This document shows positions 59,013 through 64,000 of a stretch of DNA of 64,000 nucleotides, piece after piece. The stretch covers positions 21,699 through 85,698 of the IMG/VR virus record IMGVR_UViG_3300012351_000007; one strand, 5' to 3'. Numbering within the stretch: position 1 is the first letter of the stretch; each line of letters opens with the position of its first letter. The notes below the pieces were generated by a model. That model was not told the origin of the DNA, did no database searches, and was given only the letters and a program-made list of their open reading frames with translations. Made by a program: the position numbers and the translations under genes. The DNA comes from a virus.

Positions 59013-59281
59013 GCCGCACGTCCCGCGAGTACGGCTTCGGGGGTGCGTGGGGCCGGGATCAGACCCGACAGCGTCGCCGCCTCGATCCGGTCGATGCCGA
59101 GGGCGTCGGCTAGCGCGTGGATGGTCCGCGGACGCGGGAGGCTCCCGGTTCGCAGGCTGTGGATCGTCTTGCGGGTCAGGCCCGTGCGCTGGGCCAGGTC
59201 GGTCCAGGTCAGTTCCTGGCGGGCGCGTTCCTGTGCGACCCGCTCCCAGAACGGGTACGTCACGCTGGTCGTGTGCTCCAC
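59009..59281 (-). CDS. Cro-like XRE HTH regulator
   Basis: LTWTDLAQRTGLTRKTIHSLRTG. Confidence 0.82.
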   Translation of the reverse strand: MEHTTSVTYPFWERVAQERARQELTWTDLAQRTGLTRKTIHSLRTGSLPRPRTIHALADALGIDRIEAATLSGLIPAPRTPEAVLAGRAA

Positions 59282-59343
59282 GAATGACCTCGCTTGGTGG
59301 GCAGGCAGCGCATCGGCGTGTGTGGCGCTGTGTCTACAACTAC

Positions 59344-59372
59344 ACGCTACGGAACGCTGCGGCGCACGGCAA
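59344..59372 (-). promoter_or_regulatory. Early lytic promoter TTGCCG-N17-TAGCGT
   Basis: Near-consensus hexamers upstream of cro. Confidence 0.6.
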
Positions 59373-59469
59373 GCCCCTCCGGGGCGTTTCGGAGGGTTGG
59401 CACACTTGACCGGTCCGTTCGGACTACGGGCCGCTACATAATGTGGCCCATGGGCGCGTTTAGCGAGCT

Positions 59470-59958
59470 ATGCCGATGCGTGTGACCTGGCTCCGTGCTA
59501 CAAAACCGCCTGTGGCTGGCGAGGGAGTGCCGTACCGGTTCTGGTTACGGGTCAACAGGGAACGCAGCGAGCGGCGGTGGTCGTGGGATCGGGTGTCGGA
59601 GGAGACTGCCCGGTACACGCCGGACGGGAAGGCGATCCCACGCAGCACCATCGCCAACTGGCGGACCTCCACCCGCCGGCCGAGCCTGCGTCTCGTCTAC
59701 GCCGTCGCGGACGCTCTCGGGATCGACCGGGTCGAGGCGCGGGAGATTGCCGGCCATCCGCCCGACGCGCAGGCGTCGGATGCCGCGGTGGCCCCCCGGC
59801 TCGCCTCCGCGATCCAGGAGCTGATGGACGCTGACGACATCAGCCTTGAAGCGAAGATCCTGCTCCTGGGGACGATGGGGCGGACCGAGAAGTTCCTTGC
59901 CAGCCTGCGCGTGCAACGCGAACCCGATCAGACGCCCGGCGAACGCCAAGCGGGATGA
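59470..59958 (+). CDS. Immunity repressor (XRE HTH)
   Basis: Divergent from cro; IPRSTIANWRTS...PSLRLVYAVADALGI; true start may be the GTG at 59512. Confidence 0.8.
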   Translation: MPMRVTWLRATKPPVAGEGVPYRFWLRVNRERSERRWSWDRVSEETARYTPDGKAIPRSTIANWRTSTRRPSLRLVYAVADALGIDRVEAREIAGHPPDAQASDAAVAPRLASAIQELMDADDISLEAKILLLGTMGRTEKFLASLRVQREPDQTPGERQAG

Positions 59959-60065
59959 TCCGACACCCCTCGAACGGACAGAATCGCACAATTCATCTGT
60001 CACGATGACGACAGAGGCATAACCTGGCACGCACCGGCCTCGGGGGAGGCCGACGATGCACGAGC

Positions 60066-60482
60066 TTGCGGGGGGATGCGTTGAACGCGAAACGTCGGGG
60101 GCGGCGAATCCACGCCGACATGGTTGCCCGTTGGGGCGGCTTCACTACAGGTGCCCTACTCGTCGCCTACGACCTGGTGACCGTCGTCGCCCAGTTGCCG
60201 AGCCTCCCTGTTGGCCCGCACATCGACCTGTTCGCGGTCGCCCTGGTCCTCGCCGTGTGGGGGTCCATCCGCCGCTTCGAGCGCATCACCATCACCCCGC
60301 AACGGGAGATCTGGCTGCATGGCGTCCAGTACGGCCGGGAAGCCGCCTACGAGGAATGCGGTGCCCAGGGCAGCGTGGTGCCGTTGCCGCTGAACCTGTT
60401 CGCCAGCGACCTCGTACCGGACCGCTCGACGGGGCGGCCAGCCAGCCACCGGCCCAGCCCGCGGCGCCGACGGGCGAACTAG
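60066..60482 (+). CDS. Membrane protein in the lysogeny module
   Basis: Two hydrophobic segments; between repressor and integrase. Confidence 0.55.
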   Translation: MRGDALNAKRRGRRIHADMVARWGGFTTGALLVAYDLVTVVAQLPSLPVGPHIDLFAVALVLAVWGSIRRFERITITPQREIWLHGVQYGREAAYEECGAQGSVVPLPLNLFASDLVPDRSTGRPASHRPSPRRRRAN

Positions 60483-61384
60483 AGCCGGTCGCCGAGGGAC
60501 AGCCGCCGGGATGCCCGCTGCGCCCGCTCCACCTGCGCCGAGCGGCCGTACCGACGTGGCATCTCCGCCGACGACCAGCCGAACAGCGCCATCGCGTCGC
60601 CCTCCGAACCGCCCTGATCGGCCCAGACATGGGCCGAAGTGTGCCGCAACTGGTGGGGGTGGACGTGCCCGATCCCAGCAACCCTCGACCGACGGCGCAA
60701 CATCTGCGTGATCCCGGAGACGGTCAGCGGACCACCCCGGCCACCCAGCCACAGTTCGGGCAGCGACGCCAGCTTGTGCCGGGCGCGCACCCGCAGATAC
60801 CGGTCCAATGATTGCCCTGTGCGGGCGCCGAACGGAATCACCCGGATCTTGTCGCCCTTCCCGTGGATCCGCACGGTGTCGTGGCGCATGTCCAGGTCGG
60901 GTGCCTCCTTCGGTCCGCGGTCCAGCAGCAGACCAGCCATCTCGGCGACCCGGGGTGAACCCGGCTCGCAGAACAGCCGGATGATCGCGGTGTCCCGCCG
61001 GTCCTCGAAGCCCTTCCCCTCGCACACCTTCAGCAGCCGCCGCAACTGGTCGTCGGTCAGGACCGCCACCGGCTCGTCGGTAACGGTCGGCTGGCGCATC
61101 CGAGCCATCGGCGACACGTCGATGATCTCTTCCCGGACGGCCCAGTTGTAGAACGCCCGCAGCGCGCGGAACCGCACTGCCGCAGTCGTTGATGCGTGCT
61201 GGTCGAGGATGTGCGTGATGTACTCCTGCACCTCGGCCTTGGTCAAGCCGAGCACGTCGGCGTCGTTGTGGAGGGCCGCCAGTTGAAGGATCGTCTCGAC
61301 GTAGTTCTGGATGGTGCGGGGCGAGCTGTTGCGGGAGCGCAGGTCGCGGCCGTAGGCGTCGAGGTGGGCGGCGTTGATGTCCAT
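60479..61384 (-). CDS. int: Tyrosine integrase
   Basis: PRVAE, GKGDK, HQLRH, FGWS...RRY catalytic set; adjacent to the att core; TACGCT -10 box (leaderless). Confidence 0.92.
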   Translation of the reverse strand: MDINAAHLDAYGRDLRSRNSSPRTIQNYVETILQLAALHNDADVLGLTKAEVQEYITHILDQHASTTAAVRFRALRAFYNWAVREEIIDVSPMARMRQPTVTDEPVAVLTDDQLRRLLKVCEGKGFEDRRDTAIIRLFCEPGSPRVAEMAGLLLDRGPKEAPDLDMRHDTVRIHGKGDKIRVIPFGARTGQSLDRYLRVRARHKLASLPELWLGGRGGPLTVSGITQMLRRRSRVAGIGHVHPHQLRHTSAHVWADQGGSEGDAMALFGWSSAEMPRRYGRSAQVERAQRASRRLSLGDRL

Positions 61385-61454
61385 GGGGCTACAGCGTACG
61401 GCACGATCAAGGCCCAGTAAGATGCTTCGTGAGCGGTGTGGCCGATTCTTGCCA

Positions 61455-61491
61455 ACAAGAAGGCCACCTGAACTTCCTGCTCAGGTGGCCT
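61455..61491 (-). terminator. Terminator downstream of the tRNA fragment
   Basis: AGGCCACCTGA/TCAGGTGGCCT stem followed by TCTTGTT on the minus strand. Confidence 0.75.
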
Positions 61492-61493
61492 GC

Positions 61494-61537
61494 TGCGCGC
61501 CCGAAGGGACTCGAACCCCCAACCTTCTGATCCGTAG
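61494..61537 (-). other. att core = 3' half of tRNA-Arg(ACG)
   Basis: CTACGGATCAGAAGGTTGGGGGTTCGAGTCCCTTCGGGCGCGCA: anticodon loop, T-arm and acceptor 3' strand; 5' half absent. Confidence 0.88.
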
Positions 61538-61606
61538 TATGCGGCCTGTAAGCGCTGTGGCGCACCGTGTCTGACCTCGTACTGGTCGGGAGCGTGGAAA
61601 CGCAGA

Positions 61607-61825
61607 TCAGATGCTATTGGCTACAGCGCTTCGTGCACCGCTCGCGGCCGTGGCGACCCACTCCCCGTCGACCTGCGCCACGTAGCTGCGGAGCAGACCA
61701 CGGTCGGCCTCCCGGATCGGCTCGTTGCATCCGAAGCAGACCTCGCCGACCGGTGTCGGTACCTGCTCGGCGTTCTCATCCAGCAGAGGGGCGTCCCAGC
61801 GGGGACCGAAGTAGAAGGTAGTCAC
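61607..61825 (-). CDS. Phage-like hypothetical protein (possibly truncated)
   Basis: TTFYFGPRWDAP...CFGC. Confidence 0.5.
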   Translation of the reverse strand: MTTFYFGPRWDAPLLDENAEQVPTPVGEVCFGCNEPIREADRGLLRSYVAQVDGEWVATAASGARSAVANSI

Positions 61826-62172
61826 GGGGGTATCAACGAGCGCGAGCCGGACATGCCTCAGCCCCGGCTGATCCGGACTCCCCCGGGCCGGGGCTGAGCG
61901 CAGAGCCGTCCTCCACTTGACGCGGACCCGGACGGTCGTTCCGCGCTGCGGACCGGAGCTGCCTACCGATCGCGAGCTTTCACTACTCCGCCGCCCGGTG
62001 TCAGTCCGGAGGGGCGTCCCCGGATACGGCACCGCACAGCCGTTTCGCTACGCCGGGGGTCTAGGTCGGTAGGTACCCGCCCCGGTTCGGCCTTATCACT
62101 ACCCGATCCGGGTCAGCGTAGCGCCGGGGTACGACACGAATCCACGAACGCCGCACGGGTACCGTCCGGATC

Positions 62173-62415
62173 GTGCAATACCGCTTCCTCGGCGCCTACC
62201 AGACCCCGGACGGACGGTGGCGGATCGAGGTCTGGGCAGGACGTGGGGCGCAGTGGTACACCGTGCTCCACGACGGGCAGGTTTACGACCGGGACGGCTT
62301 CCTGTGCGAGCGGGTGCCCCTCGGCACCGTCGAGGCGGTGCTGCGCGCCAACGGGGTCAGCATGGCCGACCTGCGGCCGGAGACTGCGGACGGGCCGGAC
62401 GACGGACCAGCGTGA
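62173..62415 (+). CDS. Hypothetical protein (80 aa)
   Basis: TPDGRWRIEV...GVSMADL; high GC3. Confidence 0.6.
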   Translation: MQYRFLGAYQTPDGRWRIEVWAGRGAQWYTVLHDGQVYDRDGFLCERVPLGTVEAVLRANGVSMADLRPETADGPDDGPA

Positions 62416-62665
62416 GCCCGTCCAGGTCAACTGGCATCCACCGGTCCACGCCTGCGGTTTGCGCCGCCCACCGCTGCTCGTTCGCCATGCGGCGGATCAG
62501 CACCGCCTGCCCCTTCCCTACCCGGCCGCACACCACCGACCACACCTTGTCCCGCACCCGGGCACTGGGAGTGCCGACGAACACGCCCGGGGCGATCTCC
62601 ACCATCCACCGGGTCAGATGCCCGCGCAGCCCGGACGGTGCGGCGATAAGCACGATGACCGTCAT
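62357..62665 (-). CDS. cas2: CRISPR-associated Cas2, type I-E
   Basis: APSGLRGHLTRWMVEIAPGVFVG..SARVRDKVW, NEQ, PVDLDGLTLV. Confidence 0.95.
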   Translation of the reverse strand: MTVIVLIAAPSGLRGHLTRWMVEIAPGVFVGTPSARVRDKVWSVVCGRVGKGQAVLIRRMANEQRWAAQTAGVDRWMPVDLDGLTLVRRPARPQSPAAGRPC

Positions 62666-63663
62666 TGCTCGTCCAGCTCCGACCAGTCCACCTTGCCTAG
62701 GTCGACCGCCTCCTGCTCATCGGCCCAGTTCCGTCCCGCCGGCACGGCACCGTTGGTGTCCCACAACTGGGCGCGATGTACGTCCGCCTCGTCGTCGAGC
62801 CCGTCTGGCTCCTCTTCCCCGGCGGTGGCCTTGTCCTCGCCGAGCAGCAGGGCTTGGATGTCCCGTACCACCCGGGCCATCAGCCCCTGCTCCACCACCA
62901 GATCCCGGAATCGGGTCCGCGCCGCCGACTCCTCCGTGGCGCCTTCGGACATCAGATCGAATGCGGCCGGGATCGTCGTCATGGCTTTGTACAGGTCGGC
63001 GATGTCGAGCACGAACGAGATGGCCGACCCGGTGTGGACGAAGCCGAGTGCTGGGCTGGCACCCAGGCCGACGGTGGCGGCGTGGCACACCCCGTAGAGG
63101 CAGGCGTTGAGCGCCGACAGTACCCGGTTGATGTCGTCACCGGCTGCGAACGGCTTCCCGGCCACATACTTGCGCCCGGACCACGCAACCCCGGTGCGGG
63201 AGGCGTGCAGCCGGTAGGAGCGGCGCACCCGGGCACCCTCCCGGCCCCGCAGTTGCTGCATCGACAGTTTGGAAACGTTCTCGCCAGGGAACCGCATCTG
63301 GTACATCTGCCGGGCAACACCGAGGCGCCGCTTGTTGTCCGACACCAGCCAGGCTTGGCGCTGCAGGTAGCGGGATGTGTGGGCGGTGGACACGCCGTGG
63401 GCATACATCCGGACGCCGTTCTCCCCGACCCAACAGACGGTGGTCCCGGAATCGGCCAACAGCCGCACCGCGCTGTGGGTCACCTTCGTGCCCGGTCCGA
63501 GTAGCAACGCGGACACCATTGCGGCCGGCAGGTGGGTTTCGCCCTCGGCGTCCAGGAGGGTGACCGCGTTGTCTTCGCGGCCGATCACGGCCCGATCAAC
63601 GTAGACCGTTGAGATTCGCTCCCCGATCCGGGTGAGCATTCCTGTCTCTGCTTTCCACCACAT
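62662..63663 (-). CDS. cas1: CRISPR-associated Cas1, type I-E
   Basis: LLLGPGTKVTH, WVGENGVRMYA, QLRGREGARVR, LGFVHTG, FVLDIADLYK; catalytic E/H/D intact. Confidence 0.96.
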   Translation of the reverse strand: MWWKAETGMLTRIGERISTVYVDRAVIGREDNAVTLLDAEGETHLPAAMVSALLLGPGTKVTHSAVRLLADSGTTVCWVGENGVRMYAHGVSTAHTSRYLQRQAWLVSDNKRRLGVARQMYQMRFPGENVSKLSMQQLRGREGARVRRSYRLHASRTGVAWSGRKYVAGKPFAAGDDINRVLSALNACLYGVCHAATVGLGASPALGFVHTGSAISFVLDIADLYKAMTTIPAAFDLMSEGATEESAARTRFRDLVVEQGLMARVVRDIQALLLGEDKATAGEEEPDGLDDEADVHRAQLWDTNGAVPAGRNWADEQEAVDLGKVDWSELDEQ

Positions 63664-63785
63664 GCCGGAAGATGCTGCCGCCCGGGCGTCGGGCCGGGCA
63701 ACGTTCCGAACGGGTGAACCGATGCGGCCGGGCCGCTACCCAGCGGCTGGTAGCCCAATCGGAGCTATTTTTGGAGTCCTTCTTG

Positions 63786-64000
63786 ACACGCTCATGCGCG
63801 CCCGGGCCGGCCTGCCGTACCGGCGGGTCCGACACAACGCGACTCCGCCATCCCCGCGCGCCCGGACCGGACGGCGGCGGCCCGGTCACCGAGACGCAGG
63901 GCCAGCCGCCACCCCCGCGCGCCCGGACCGGACGCACCGCACGCACCGCCCTCGACTGGGCCTGCACCGCCACCCCCGCGCGCCCGGACCGGCCCACCAC
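63786..64000 (-). CRISPR. Atypical type I-E-derived CRISPR array (runs off the window edge)
   Basis: 29-bp repeats at 63845, 63906 and 63967 (61-bp period, unique 32-bp spacers) plus a degenerate terminal repeat at about 63786-63812. Confidence 0.85.

Larger units (their letters stand above)
1..61537 (-). mobile_element. Temperate siphovirus prophage/phage genome (continues past the left edge and possibly past the att core on the right)
   Basis: Canonical module order integrase-repressor-recombination-replication-packaging-head-tail on the minus strand; tRNA-derived att core next to the integrase. Confidence 0.95.

Noticed and set aside
61494-61570. Complete tRNA-Arg gene
   Set aside because: Only anticodon loop to acceptor 3' strand is present; no D-arm or 5' acceptor strand
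61607-61630. Displaced 5' half of the tRNA (TCAGATGCT...GCTAC)
   Set aside because: Only a 9-nt exact match with gaps; better explained by chance plus the arm-like repeat
63596-64000. 134-aa ORF reading through the CRISPR array
   Set aside because: The 61-bp period shifts frame each unit, composition is Arg/Gly/Pro-rich, and stop codons are rare at this GC content

Overview
The window is high-GC actinobacterial DNA. About 61.5 kb of it is a temperate siphovirus (pro)phage transcribed mostly on the minus strand. From right to left it carries: a tRNA-Arg(ACG) 3'-fragment att core with terminator, a tyrosine integrase, a divergent CI/Cro pair, recombination and early genes (PD-(D/E)XK exonuclease, RDF-like protein, DEDD exonuclease, BldC-like, two WhiB-like, DUF5131, ASCH), an adenine methyltransferase, a lambda-like replication module (initiator with internal iterons, DnaC-like loader, DnaB), many small genes, a second Xer-like recombinase beside a dif-like site, accessory modules, then terminase, portal, MuF, protease/scaffold, Mu-T-like capsid, extra virion genes, head-tail genes, tail tube, frameshifted tail chaperones, tape measure and tail-tip genes. 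Four observations stand out. (1) A 307-bp transposase-less, TnpB-less IS200/IS605 mini-element (23265-23571) keeps both ends and an omegaRNA-like scaffold. It is inserted 3' of CTAC without target duplication, precise excision restores the phage gene, and its predicted guide matches the empty allele. A second orphan IS605-type right end lies at about 33.1 kb. (2) Beyond the att core there is a stand-alone type I-E cas1-cas2 pair with no adjacent cas6/Cascade, next to a 29-bp repeat / 32-bp spacer array whose repeats consistently have a broken hairpin. The att geometry implies this locus lies on a mobile element. (3) The large terminase is split by a -1 frameshift at G-GGA-AAA inside its Walker A motif. 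(4) Signs of decay or assembly error include homopolymer indels and internal deletions. All protein calls come from motif recognition by eye; no database searches were run.
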